64,000 bases of DNA from an uncultured delta proteobacterium (GCA_963792965.1 CAWBYW010000007.1:576001-640000), one strand, 5' to 3'; shown: positions 50,752 to 60,910, counted from the first letter of the stretch. Translations and numbers: made by a program. Notes: generated by a model from the letters alone, not told the origin.

Positions 50752-51168
50752 CTACACGTCGAAGAGCACCGATACGGAATATTTCCCGTTTCTCTGGGTA
50801 ATCGAGACCCCGTAATAGGTTACCGCCTTGACGTCAAACCTGACTCTATGAAGATCCGAACGAAAGCGCTCACCGCCGCATCTGGCGTGTAGTTCTGTTT
50901 CGGAAAAGTTCAGGATCTCAAAGTGAGACAGAACCATTCGCTCACCTGAGAATACGTAGAGTAGCTCCCTGAGCCAGTCGACGAGGAGCTCTTCCTTATT
51001 GTCTCCCGACGCCCGAACCTCAACGTGCCGCCTGACACTGACGGAGTTCACCCCCACAATGACGTCGAAAAGGGCAACCGCTGACTCGGAGAAGAGCTCC
51101 ACGAGGCTGTCGCCTCTGACCTCGATCATGAGGTCCGCGGTATGATCCAGAAATCGATACGGCGGCAT
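50752..51168 (-). CDS. Archease
   Basis: YRFLDHTAD, LLVDWLRELLY, VKAVTYY and terminal LFDV. Confidence 0.92.
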   Translation of the reverse strand: MPPYRFLDHTADLMIEVRGDSLVELFSESAVALFDVIVGVNSVSVRRHVEVRASGDNKEELLVDWLRELLYVFSGERMVLSHFEILNFSETELHARCGGERFRSDLHRVRFDVKAVTYYGVSITQRNGKYSVSVLFDV

Positions 51169-52275
51169 CTAAAAGATCATTCTTTTTCGATAGATGTTGA
51201 GCAAGAGGCCGACGGCAAAGAGGCTCACCGCCAGCGAGGACCCTCCATACGATAGGAAGGGGAGCGGAATGCCGACCACGGGGAAGATGCCGGTGGCCAT
51301 GCTGATATTGATGAAGAACTGCCAGAGGAAGAATATCGATATCCCCATCGCCGTCACCCCGCCGAAGACGTCCTTTGCCTCCCGGGCCACGGCCAGTCCC
51401 CTCAGAACAAGAAAGAGAAAAAGCCCCACGACCACAACGGAGCCGATGAACCCCCACTCTTCGGCCAGGACCGAAAAGATGAAGTCCGTGTGCTGTTCCG
51501 GCAGGAACTTCAGCATGCCCTGGGTCCCCGCCATGTAGCCCTTACCGAAAAGCCCACCGCTCCCGACGGCTATCTTTGATTGAATAATATGGTAGCCCGC
51601 CCCGAGGGGATCAAGTTCGGGCTTCAAGAAGGTCATGATCCGCTGGCGCTGATAGGGCTTGAGAAACTCCCAGCCAAAATAGAGTGCCGGCGGCGCCGTG
51701 ACGACACCGAGGAAGACGAGGGAAAGCAGCGTTCCTATCCTCATCCGTATCGCGAAGATCATCGTCACAAACAGGAGAATCAAGAGTCCCGCCGACCCAA
51801 GGTCGGGCTCCTTGAGGATGAGCGCGGCGGGAATAACGGCCAGGAGCGTCGGAACGACGAGGTCGGTCAGCCTGAGGCCGTCCTCGGTGGACCTGTCGGT
51901 AAGATATTTCCCTACGGCAAATATATACGAGAGCTTCATAAGCTCCGAGGGTTGAAAAGAGATCGGCCCGAACGTGAACCAGCGAACGGCCCCGGCCCCC
52001 CGATCACCGAAGAAGAACAGACCGACCAACAGAGCAAGTGTGCCCAGATATATCCAGTAGGCCCATCGCTCAAAAAAGTGGTAATCCAGGAAGAACGTGA
52101 CGGCCATGATGAAAAACCCGATTCCCAGCCAGTATATCTGTTTGAGATAGATCGGAACCGCTAAGGCGGGCTCCATGCGCGTCGCCGAGTAAAGGTTGAA
52201 AATACCGATACCCACCAGCGTAAGTGTCACCAACAAGAGAGAAAAGTCCAATCTCTTCATGAGGTCTTTTGTCAT
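51169..52275 (-). CDS. rodA: Rod shape-determining SEDS glycosyltransferase RodA
   Basis: FQPSELMK, EPDLG, GYHIIQSKIAVGSGG, FLPEQHTDF and PFLSYGGS. Confidence 0.95.
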   Translation of the reverse strand: MTKDLMKRLDFSLLLVTLTLVGIGIFNLYSATRMEPALAVPIYLKQIYWLGIGFFIMAVTFFLDYHFFERWAYWIYLGTLALLVGLFFFGDRGAGAVRWFTFGPISFQPSELMKLSYIFAVGKYLTDRSTEDGLRLTDLVVPTLLAVIPAALILKEPDLGSAGLLILLFVTMIFAIRMRIGTLLSLVFLGVVTAPPALYFGWEFLKPYQRQRIMTFLKPELDPLGAGYHIIQSKIAVGSGGLFGKGYMAGTQGMLKFLPEQHTDFIFSVLAEEWGFIGSVVVVGLFLFLVLRGLAVAREAKDVFGGVTAMGISIFFLWQFFINISMATGIFPVVGIPLPFLSYGGSSLAVSLFAVGLLLNIYRKRMIF

Positions 52276-54101
52276 CGACGAGACTTTCCTTTCAGCTCAA
52301 AATATTTTCTTATCATCGCGTCGGCCAGCGGAGACGCCGCATCTCCTCCGAACCCCCCGTGCTCTACGAGGACCACGACGGCGATCTCGGGCTTTTGGAG
52401 GGGGGCAAAACAAACGAACCACGCGTGATCGCGCAGATCGTACGGCAGGTATTTGCTGATGTAGCTTCCCGACATCACCTGGGCGGTCCCCGTCTTTCCG
52501 CAGACGTCTTTTCCCTCAAAATGCGCCCGCCAGCCCGTTCCGCCCGGCTCATTTACCGCCCCGTAGAGCCCCCGCTTAACGATATCAATGTTCTCGGCGG
52601 AAAGGGGCAGAGTGCCCTTCTTCTTGCTTTCATAGGCCTCGACCAGAGTACCGTCGGGCGTGAGGAGCTCTTTTGCCACCCGGGGCTCATAAAGGGTGCC
52701 GCCGTTGGCCAACGCCGAAAAGGCACAGAGCAGTTGTAGCGGCGTCACGAGGTTATACCCCTGGCCTATGGCGCATGAGATCGTTTCCCCCGGGAACCAG
52801 GGGATCCCGAAATAGCCCTTCTTCCACGCGCTCGAGGGACAGATGCCGGGCTTTTCCCCCGGAAGTCGGATGCCGGTAAGGCTCCCGAGTCCGTACCCGC
52901 CGCCGTATTTCGCCAGCCTGTCGATGCCGAGGCGATCCCCGACGTTATAGAAGAATACGTCGCATGACTCCACGATCGCCCGGTGAACCGATAGCTTGCC
53001 GTGTCCGCCCGCTTTATAGCAGGAAAAGGTCGTCCCGCCGTAGTGAAAGTATCCGGGACAATAGATTTCGGTGTCTTCTTTGATGACCCCTTCCTCAAGC
53101 CCGGCGCTGGCGGTGATGATCTTATACGTGGAGCCGGGGGCGTATTGGCCCGAAATACACCGGTCCTGAAGGGGGTGTCGCTTGTCGGTGATCAGGGATT
53201 GCCATTCTCCGGGCTGGATCCCCCGGGCGAAGAGCGCGGGATCGAACCCCGGGGCCGATACCATTGCCAGGATCTCGAAATTCTGCGGGTTCATAGCAAT
53301 AATCGCCCCGGAGTAGTCGTTTTCTTCCATAAGCCGGTCGGCGAATTTCTGTAGCTCCCAGTCAATCGTCAGGACCAAGTTGTCGCCGGGGATCGGCTTG
53401 AGCTCACCGAGCACTTTCGATTCTCTTCCGGAGGAGTCCACTTCCACCTGAATCCCTCCGTCGGCTCCCCTCAGGTCCTTGTCCCATGTCTCTTCTATTC
53501 CGCCCCTTCCGACGATATCGCCCATCTTGTAGCCGGCAAATTTCTCCGCCGAGAGCTCGCCCTTACTGATTTCGCTCATGTATCCGAAGAGATGGGGGGC
53601 AAGCGGTCCGTAGACATACTCTCTCACGGGACGCGGCACCACGGCCACCCCTGACATCCGAAACAAGTGTGTGACAAGCGGTGATACCTGCTCAAGAGGC
53701 ACGTCACGAGCGATCGTGAGTGGATGGAACTTCTGGTACTTCTCCCGTTCTTTCTTCACGTTCGTCCGGAGGATCTCTCCCCCGATGCCGCTGAGCGCCG
53801 AGACGGACTTGATCGTCTTGTCCAGGTCCTTGACGAAGTCCTCGGAGATCGTAATATCAAAGGAAGGGCGGTTATCGACGATGACCCGTTTGTACCGATC
53901 AAGGAGCATGCCCCGCGGCGCCGGCATTTGAACGAGCCGCACTCGGTTGTTCTCGCTCATCGATCGAAACTCGTCGTTCATATAGATCTGGAGGTAGGCG
54001 AGCCGCGCCATAAGGGTAAGAAAAGCCACGATCGCCACCAGACCGAGCAACACGGTCCGTAACATTCTGGAGGGATCTGTCTTATGTAGGGTGGAATTCA
54101 C
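52272..54101 (-). CDS. mrdA: Penicillin-binding protein 2
   Basis: APRG, STYK (SxxK), SCD and KTGT motifs; lies between mreD and rodA. Start uncertain. Confidence 0.93.
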   Translation of the reverse strand: MNSTLHKTDPSRMLRTVLLGLVAIVAFLTLMARLAYLQIYMNDEFRSMSENNRVRLVQMPAPRGMLLDRYKRVIVDNRPSFDITISEDFVKDLDKTIKSVSALSGIGGEILRTNVKKEREKYQKFHPLTIARDVPLEQVSPLVTHLFRMSGVAVVPRPVREYVYGPLAPHLFGYMSEISKGELSAEKFAGYKMGDIVGRGGIEETWDKDLRGADGGIQVEVDSSGRESKVLGELKPIPGDNLVLTIDWELQKFADRLMEENDYSGAIIAMNPQNFEILAMVSAPGFDPALFARGIQPGEWQSLITDKRHPLQDRCISGQYAPGSTYKIITASAGLEEGVIKEDTEIYCPGYFHYGGTTFSCYKAGGHGKLSVHRAIVESCDVFFYNVGDRLGIDRLAKYGGGYGLGSLTGIRLPGEKPGICPSSAWKKGYFGIPWFPGETISCAIGQGYNLVTPLQLLCAFSALANGGTLYEPRVAKELLTPDGTLVEAYESKKKGTLPLSAENIDIVKRGLYGAVNEPGGTGWRAHFEGKDVCGKTGTAQVMSGSYISKYLPYDLRDHAWFVCFAPLQKPEIAVVVLVEHGGFGGDAASPLADAMIRKYFELKGKSRR

Positions 54102-54126
54102 TTGATTATTTCCGATGATGAACAGA

Positions 54127-54699
54127 CTACACGAGGGGTTCCCCCCACTCCTCACGCATAAACCGAGTCAGATAGTATCCGCCCCGCTCCGGGTCAACAA
54201 ACTTGAGCAGGGGCAGAAAGGGGATAGAGACCAGCGCCGTCAGGAATGCCGTAAAGAGAGCCGCCGTGATGACCGAGCCGAACCTCCCCACCGAGAGCCC
54301 CCACAGGAGGGTCACCAGAGAGAGCACGATGGAGAGGGAGAAGGAAACGATGCATGCGATCGACGAAAACACGAGGGGCCTGTCGGCATAGATGACGCGC
54401 GAGATCACCCGGGAACTTCCCATCACGAAGAAGCAGCAGAAAAGCCCTTCACCGAAGGAAGAGCCCGAATAGAAATCGAACAGGAGTCCGAGGATCGTCG
54501 TGATCAGGACGCTCGTGCCGGGCGACTTATAGATGCCGACATAAATGATCACGAGGAAAAACCACTCCGCACCTATGCCTCGGATCCCCGGCAAGACCCC
54601 TTGGACGAGCAGGACGGCCGTCCCGATGATAATGAACAGGAGAAAGCCGAGATATTTCCTGCCCCTGCTCTCGCGTATAACGATCTGTGTATCGTCCAT
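54127..54699 (-). CDS. mreD: Rod shape-determining protein MreD
   Basis: Hydrophobic 190-aa ORF with LGLLFDFYSG; located between mreC and mrdA. Confidence 0.75.
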   Translation of the reverse strand: MDDTQIVIRESRGRKYLGFLLFIIIGTAVLLVQGVLPGIRGIGAEWFFLVIIYVGIYKSPGTSVLITTILGLLFDFYSGSSFGEGLFCCFFVMGSSRVISRVIYADRPLVFSSIACIVSFSLSIVLSLVTLLWGLSVGRFGSVITAALFTAFLTALVSIPFLPLLKFVDPERGGYYLTRFMREEWGEPLV

Positions 54700-54891
54700 C
54701 TAAACCAGACCGCGTGTGTGAGATATGGAATGATTCATCTGATATGCTTTGCTTTTCTTCCGACCCGCCCCGATACTCCTTTGCCCTCCGGTCCGCCATG
54801 GATCCGAAAATCGAGCGGGATTGGGTCGCTTTAGGGTTCCCATCTATTCCGTTGGCCGCGGCCGTAAAGAGGGACGCTTAACGGCTCCGGC

Positions 54892-55716
54892 CTACCGAAC
54901 GATCAGGAGCACCTCTTCGATGCTTCCAAGATTCGCCTTGGGGCTCACCTCGATCTCCGAAAAGATCTCAGAGACCGGCTTCTTTACACGTGCCACATCG
55001 CCCACCAACAGACCCTTTGGGAAGATACCCCCGAGCCCCGCGGTGACCACCGTATCTCCGATACTCACCGGCAGCTTCCGGTCCACGTAGGACAGGTTGA
55101 TCGTACCGTCGGCGGAACCCTCAAGGATCCCCATCGCACGATTGTCCTGGATGAGAACGTCAATCCGGCTGTTCTTATCGTTGATGAGCATCACCCGCGA
55201 CGATTCCCTCGCAACGGTCAGCACTATGCCCACGATCCCATTGGCCGAGATCACCGGCATGTTTTGCTTCACCCCATCTCTGAACCCCTTGTCGATAACG
55301 ATGGTGCTGGAGACGATCGAGCCCTCTCTTCCCACGACGCGGGCGGGCATCAGCTCATACGGTGATTCCTTTGTAAATCCGAGGATCTCTTCCAGCCGCT
55401 CGTTCTTCTTCTCGGTCTCCATATAGAGCGTCTTAAGGTTGTCGTACTTTGAGGACAGCTCGTCGACCAGTCCCTTGAGATCCTCGTTTTCTTCCTCCTT
55501 GTCCCTGAGATATATGTAGTGATCCCAGACTGACCCAACCTCTTCGGTGACAAATGAGATGAACCCCTGCACGGGAGAAAACAGATCCAGCAACACCTCG
55601 CGCGTCCTCTCGGGCAGGGCTCCGGCGAGCGTCGGATAGCTGATCATAATGATCGATATCAGGAAGATGAGGGCTCCGGCCGAGGCCCCCTTATATCGGC
55701 GTAAAAACGACAACAT
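54892..55716 (-). CDS. mreC: Rod shape-determining protein MreC
   Basis: TM + coiled coil, ARVVGR, IDKG..DGV, GIVG and TAGLGGIFPKG. Confidence 0.92.
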   Translation of the reverse strand: MLSFLRRYKGASAGALIFLISIIMISYPTLAGALPERTREVLLDLFSPVQGFISFVTEEVGSVWDHYIYLRDKEEENEDLKGLVDELSSKYDNLKTLYMETEKKNERLEEILGFTKESPYELMPARVVGREGSIVSSTIVIDKGFRDGVKQNMPVISANGIVGIVLTVARESSRVMLINDKNSRIDVLIQDNRAMGILEGSADGTINLSYVDRKLPVSIGDTVVTAGLGGIFPKGLLVGDVARVKKPVSEIFSEIEVSPKANLGSIEEVLLIVR

Positions 55717-55755
55717 ACGTCAGTTAATCACTTGGGCTTGCGAGCACCCTCACCG

Positions 55756-55803
55756 ATGAAAACCCCAATGACAACCCCAATGAAAACCCCAATGAAAACA
55801 ATA
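55756..55803. repeat. 12-bp tandem repeat, about 4 copies
   Basis: ATGAAAACCCCA ATGACAACCCCA ATGAAAACCCCA ATGAAAACAATA. Confidence 0.85.
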
Positions 55804-55855
55804 TGTGTTGCGCCGGACCGCGGGAGACTGCGCGGCCCGGGACACCCGTCATTCA

Positions 55856-56896
55856 CTACCGTCCGGGGACGGCCACCTGCCTGAGCAGGTCGGGATCATC
55901 GAGGGCCCGCCCGCAGCCGAGGACCACCACCGAGAGCGGATTTTCGGCGACCATGATCGGAAGCCCGGTCTCCCTGTGGAGGAGTTTATCGAAGTTATGC
56001 AGGAGAGAGCCGCCGCCGGAGATCACGATTCCCTTTTCCACGAAGTCCGCCGCCAGCTCGGGGGGTGTCTTCTCCAGGGCGTTTCGCACCGTATCGACGA
56101 TAGCCTTTATCGGGACCGAGAGGGCCTCATTGATCTCAGCCGAAGTGATAGTAAGATTCTTTGGAAGTCCTGTGACCAGATCTCTTCCCTTGACCTCGAC
56201 CTTCTTGTTTTCACCCTCAAGCAGTGCCGTACCCATGTTGATCTTGACCATTTCAGCCGAGCTCTCGCCCAACAGAAAGTTATATTTCCTTTTCAGGTAT
56301 TGAATGATTGCATCGTCCATCTTGTCTCCGCCGACCCTGAGCGATTCGGCGAAGACGATCCCATACATCGAGATAACGGCCACCTCCGTTGTGCCGCCGC
56401 CGATATCGATGATCATATTGCCCGTCGGCTCTCCTATCGGAAGGCCCACCCCGATGGCTGCCGCGATCGGCTCCTCGATGAGATAGACTTCCCGCGCTCC
56501 GGCGGTGTGAGCCGACTCTATCACCGCCCTTTTCTCAACCGGGGTGATTCCGGAAGGTATAGAGATAATGATTCGGGGCCGAATAAGTGGCCGGCGGTTG
56601 AGGGCCTTGTTGATAAAGTGCTTGAGCATATGCTCGGCGATTTCAAAATCGGCGATTACCCCATCCTTCAAGGGCCTGATGGCGACGATGGATTCCGGGG
56701 TTCGCCCGAGCATATGTTTTGCCTCGGCCCCGACGGCGATGATCTTTCGCTCGCCGCGTTCATTCTCTTTGACGGCCACTACCGAAGGCTCGTCGGAGAC
56801 GATACCCTTCCCCTTCAGATAGACGAGGGTATTTGCAGTGCCCAAATCTATGGATAGATCGTTGGAAATAAGACTCATCAGGGAATTCAATGGCAT
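55856..56896 (-). CDS. mreB: Rod shape-determining actin-like protein MreB
   Basis: IDLGTANT, RPLKDGVIAD, EEPIAAAIG, DIGGGTTEVA and GGGSLL. Confidence 0.97.
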   Translation of the reverse strand: MPLNSLMSLISNDLSIDLGTANTLVYLKGKGIVSDEPSVVAVKENERGERKIIAVGAEAKHMLGRTPESIVAIRPLKDGVIADFEIAEHMLKHFINKALNRRPLIRPRIIISIPSGITPVEKRAVIESAHTAGAREVYLIEEPIAAAIGVGLPIGEPTGNMIIDIGGGTTEVAVISMYGIVFAESLRVGGDKMDDAIIQYLKRKYNFLLGESSAEMVKINMGTALLEGENKKVEVKGRDLVTGLPKNLTITSAEINEALSVPIKAIVDTVRNALEKTPPELAADFVEKGIVISGGGSLLHNFDKLLHRETGLPIMVAENPLSVVVLGCGRALDDPDLLRQVAVPGR

Positions 56897-57199
56897 GGTC
56901 TACTCCTTGTGGCCGCAAGTCAATCCAATAACATGTAACAAGGTATAATATATCTATGTAATGGTGATTTCAAGGAAATTCGTATTTACGCTCTAAAATC
57001 GAGCGGGCGCCCGCGCTGAGGAAGCTTCCTTTGGGCCGCGAAGCGCCCATCCCAATTCACTCTCCTTATATGTCATAATGAACAATATTTAATCTGTAAT
57101 CGACAATCCCCATGCATCCAGGCAAGAGAAGAAATGTGTTGCAATTTGGCCCCTCGTTTGGTATTACAGGATAAGGTTTTTTAGCATGTGGAGGACAGC

Positions 57200-57931
57200 G
57201 TGCTCAACGTATTGAGAAGACATGCCAGTTCCTGGTGGCTCAAAGGGATCCTCATCGCCGTTGCCTTGAGCTTCATCATCGGGTTCGGTATCCTCAACCG
57301 TATCAGTAGCGCCGACCGAAGCCGTTATGTCATCAAGGTCGGCAATGCTATCGTTAGCCCGAGCGAATTCTCCGATCTCATGACGAAAGGAGAGGAGGAG
57401 TACTACCAGAAGAACAATGTCGAAATGACCGACGACGACCGCGTCAACCTGCAGACCTCCATCATCGATAATCGAATCGATCAAATGCTGGAGACAAAGG
57501 AGGCGGACCGTCTGGGGCTTGCCGTATCAGACACCGAAGTCGCCGAGTATATCGCCCAGGAACCAGCCTTTCAGAAGGACGGCACGTTCGATTACGATAC
57601 CTTCAAGCAGTACCTCGACTACGAGGGGTATACCGAGAAGATGTTCGAGGAAAACATCAGGCAGGCCCTCCTCGTGCAGAAGCTCAAGGACGTCGTTACC
57701 GACTCGGTAAAGGTATCAGATGACGAAATCATCGAGACGGCAAACTCCCAGGGAAGGACCGTTACCCGGTTTGACGAGCTCAACCCGGACGATAAGGAAT
57801 ACTTCGGGAGGCTTGCACTGGCCATCAAGCGTTTTTCAATCTACCGAGAATTCCTTAATTCCCTGAAGGCTCAAGAAAAGGTCGACATCAATCAGGAATA
57901 TCTCTATACTAAAGAGACCGGAACAAAATAG
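57200..57931 (+). CDS. SurA-N-domain (PpiD-like) chaperone without a PPIase domain
   Basis: GGAGG RBS then GTG; N-terminal TM; LGLAVSDTEV..PAFQKDGTFD; VKVSDDEI. Confidence 0.75.
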   Translation: MLNVLRRHASSWWLKGILIAVALSFIIGFGILNRISSADRSRYVIKVGNAIVSPSEFSDLMTKGEEEYYQKNNVEMTDDDRVNLQTSIIDNRIDQMLETKEADRLGLAVSDTEVAEYIAQEPAFQKDGTFDYDTFKQYLDYEGYTEKMFEENIRQALLVQKLKDVVTDSVKVSDDEIIETANSQGRTVTRFDELNPDDKEYFGRLALAIKRFSIYREFLNSLKAQEKVDINQEYLYTKETGTK

Positions 57932-58017
57932 ATCATCCGAGAAGGATGTCATCCCGGGGGAGAATTCCCCCGTTTTTTCATTTTTCCGGGTTCTATTGTC
58001 CTTTTCTGAGAGAACGG

Positions 58018-58551
58018 ATGTCCGTCTACGCGTTTGAAGACAGAATCCCCACCATATCCGACGAGGCGTACGTGTCTCCGGAGGCGACGATTGTAGGGGA
58101 CGTCACTATCGGGCCGGGTTGCTTCATCGGACCGGGGGCGCGGATAAAGGGCGACTACGGAACGATCGTCGTCGGGGCCGAGACGTCCGTCCAGGAGAAT
58201 TGCGTGGTGCATGCCCGCCCGGGCGAGCGCTGCGAGATCGGCCGGCGCGTCAACGTTGGACACGGTGCGATCATCCACGGGGGCCTCGTTGGCGACAACG
58301 CGGTCATCGGTATGGGGGCCATCGTCAGCGATTTTGCCGTCGTGGGCGATGGGGCAATCGTTGCCGAGGGGTGCGTCGTGACGTCAAAACAGAATATACC
58401 CCCGCGTGCGATCGCCGCCGGCGTCCCCGCCAAGGTCATCGGACGGGTCTCCGATGAGACCCTTTCGGCCTATGAGCGGTTCAAGGATATCTATGTCGAC
58501 CTCTCGCGGAGATACAAAGAGGGATTGAGGATTATCGGAACAAGAAAATAG
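58018..58551 (+). CDS. Gamma-carbonic-anhydrase-like hexapeptide-repeat protein (PaaY/CaiE/YrdA)
   Basis: IVGDVTIG, KGDYG, VQENCVVH, VGHGAIIHG and IGMGA. Confidence 0.88.
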   Translation: MSVYAFEDRIPTISDEAYVSPEATIVGDVTIGPGCFIGPGARIKGDYGTIVVGAETSVQENCVVHARPGERCEIGRRVNVGHGAIIHGGLVGDNAVIGMGAIVSDFAVVGDGAIVAEGCVVTSKQNIPPRAIAAGVPAKVIGRVSDETLSAYERFKDIYVDLSRRYKEGLRIIGTRK

Positions 58552-58557
58552 GGACCC

Positions 58558-58911
58558 ATGGCCGGAGAAAAAAGATACCCCCTCAGAGAAAGGATCAGGG
58601 TTGCCGCCGGGATCCTGCTCATTGTCGCCGCCTTCTCGGAGGCGGCGGGCGTGTTCTGGGAATATGGGGCCACGAGCGACGGGAAGCTGCACCTTCTGCT
58701 CGCTCTGGTATCTTTCCTGACGGCGCTTCCCGTGCTCTTCGGCGTGCGGGGGGCCGTGTACGTGGCATTGCCGGTCGTCCTGGCAATTTTCTTTTTCGAG
58801 GTCTATCGCATGGCCGCAATCAACGTCTCGTTCTCTGCCGCCGTCTCGGCCGTGCTGTTTTTGGTTACGGCGCTTCTCTGTTTTATGCTAATCCGAATCT
58901 ACAAGATATGA
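58558..58911 (+). CDS. Small four-TM membrane protein
   Basis: 117-aa hydrophobic ORF starting 6 nt after the upstream stop. Confidence 0.55.
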   Translation: MAGEKRYPLRERIRVAAGILLIVAAFSEAAGVFWEYGATSDGKLHLLLALVSFLTALPVLFGVRGAVYVALPVVLAIFFFEVYRMAAINVSFSAAVSAVLFLVTALLCFMLIRIYKI

Positions 58912-58981
58912 TTGGATATTGACATATCGGCTCTATTCTGGTACGAATATCTATATCCCCAAATACCGTGAACCAATCGAT

Positions 58982-59188
58982 ATGAAACTCCTCGGCGATC
59001 CACAGGGAATTGAAGAACTCAAGTTCTTCAGGGACAGCGAAGATAAGAAAGAATACCTCAAGATGATACTGAACGAGGCTAAGACCAATACGGACTTTAA
59101 GACCCGCTTTAAGGATAGGAACAGCCAAAATCACTACGTCCTCACCTATGACCCCGCCACGGGAGACTTCAACGTGGCAAAAGCATGA
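58982..59188 (+). CDS. Small hypothetical protein
   Basis: MKLLGDPQGIEELKFFRD...; charged globular composition with host-like codon use. Confidence 0.55.
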   Translation: MKLLGDPQGIEELKFFRDSEDKKEYLKMILNEAKTNTDFKTRFKDRNSQNHYVLTYDPATGDFNVAKA

Positions 59189-59307
59189 TCTATTTTCGAC
59201 GAGGGACGCCGCGTGGGGCGTGGTGGCCAACCGCGCAGAAAACACGACAGTGAGATAGTATCGGGAGCCGAGAACGGCTCCTTTCTTGTCATGGAGTAAT
59301 CCGATCC

Positions 59308-60033
59308 ATGCTTCCCCACGGCGATCAAACGGCCCCCGGCAGTCATTTCAGGCGCAACGACGACCGCGACCTTGCCCCACGGCTCGTAGAGATGTACGAG
59401 CTCGTGCTCCGGCCGCTTCGGGCGCCAAAACTGGTGGCCCGCCGATTCCCCCTTCGAAGTGGCCGTAGGGGCTATCCTCACCCAGAACACCAATTGGAAG
59501 AACGTCGAGCACGCGATCGAAAACCTGAAGAAGAAAGACCTCCTCTCCCCCGAGAAACTCTTGGCGATTCCGGCCGACGATCTCTCCGAGCTTCTTCGGC
59601 CCTCGGGCTTTTTCCGGATCAAGACGCGCCGCCTCAAGAACTATATGCTCTATATCAGCGAGCGCTACGGGCGGAGACTTTCGTGCATCGCTTTCGGGCC
59701 AGCATGGAGACAAAGAGGGCCGAGCTCCTCTCGGTCTCGGGGATCGGCCCGGAGACCGCCGACAGCATTCTACTCTATGCCGGGGGATACCCGGCGTTTG
59801 TCGTGGACGCCTATACGAAGCGGGTCATGGCCCGGCACGGTTTGTTCGAGGAGGATATCGACTACGAGGACCTTCGCTCGCTTTTTATGAATAATCTTCC
59901 CGCGGACGCGGCCCTCTTCAACGAATTCCACGCGCTTTTCGTCGCCAGTGGGGAAACAGTTCTGCCGGCCGAAAGAGCCGCAATGCGACGGCTGCCCGCT
60001 GTCGGCGGTTTCTGTGAAGGGGCGGTAGCGTAA
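59308..60033 (+). CDS. Endonuclease III-like HhH-GPD glycosylase (several frameshifts)
   Basis: WWPADSPFEVAVGAILTQNTNWKNV, RPSGFF, LLSVSGIGPETADSILLYA, FVVDAYTKR and EFHAL; Cys cluster CRPKEPQCDGCPL in a shifted frame. Confidence 0.85.
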   Translation: MLPHGDQTAPGSHFRRNDDRDLAPRLVEMYELVLRPLRAPKLVARRFPLRSGRRGYPHPEHQLEERRARDRKPEEERPPLPRETLGDSGRRSLRASSALGLFPDQDAPPQELYALYQRALRAETFVHRFRASMETKRAELLSVSGIGPETADSILLYAGGYPAFVVDAYTKRVMARHGLFEEDIDYEDLRSLFMNNLPADAALFNEFHALFVASGETVLPAERAAMRRLPAVGGFCEGAVA

Positions 60034-60910
60034 TGGCGCGCATCGGGCAAAGATACTCCCGCAAGAAACGACAGAAACCCCCTTTCCGATAGCATCGCCG
60101 CCTTCAGACGGGCCGTCCTGAGCCATTACCGTGCCCACGGCCGTGACCTCCCGTGGCGGAGGACCACCGATCCCTACAAGATCCTCGTCTCGGAGGTGAT
60201 GCTCCAGCAGACGCAGGTGGGCCGCGTCCTTTTGAAATGGGGACCCTTTGTCGAGCGGTTCGGCGATTTCGCCGCGCTCAATGACGCCACGCTGGCCGAG
60301 GTACTCGGACTCATGGAAGGGGCTCGGATACAACAGGAGGGCGCTCTATCTCAAACAGATCGCACAGATCGTCGTCGAGCGGCACGGTGGGAGCCTTCCC
60401 GACTCGATCCAAGAGCTGACCCGATTCCCCGGCATCGGGACGAACACGGCCGCGGCGATCCTCGCCTTTGCGTTCGAGAAGGCCGTCGTCTTCATCGAGA
60501 CCAACGTCCGCTCCGTCTTCATACACCACTTTTTCGCTGACAGAGAATCGGTTCGGGACGTCGAGATCCTCCCGCTGATAGAGGCGGCGCTCGACCGGGA
60601 TAACCCGCGGATCTGGTACTGGGCGCTCATGGACTACGGCGCGATGCTGAAGGAGGAAGGCGGAAACCCGAGCCGAAGGAGCGCCCACCACACCCGCCAG
60701 TCCCCCTTTGCCGGCTCAGATCGGGAAATCCGGGGAGCGATCCTCAGGCTCCTCCTCGATACCGCCGGTGGGTCCCCGAACGAGGGGCTGACCGAATCGG
60801 CCCTCAATCGCCGTCTTCCGATGGAGCCCCAGCGCGTTAAGAGGAATCTTGCAAATCTGGTCAAGGAGGGGTTTATCACTCGTCGGGGGAGCCACTATCG
60901 TATCCGATGA
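60033..60910 (+). CDS. mutY: MutY-like A/G-specific adenine glycosylase (frameshifted)
   Basis: GRDLPWRRTTDPYKILVSEVMLQQTQV, WKGLGYNRRA, PGIGTNTA, IETNVR and ALMDYG. Confidence 0.8.

Noticed and set aside
1-60910. Mass pseudogenisation or programmed frameshifting in uvrD, pepA, fadD, URO-D, pfkB, VOC, M23, nth-like and mutY genes
   Set aside because: The breaks are single-base shifts, often at short homopolymers, with catalytic motifs intact and no common slippery signal. They cluster regionally, as expected from low-coverage long-read consensus. Read polishing would settle it.
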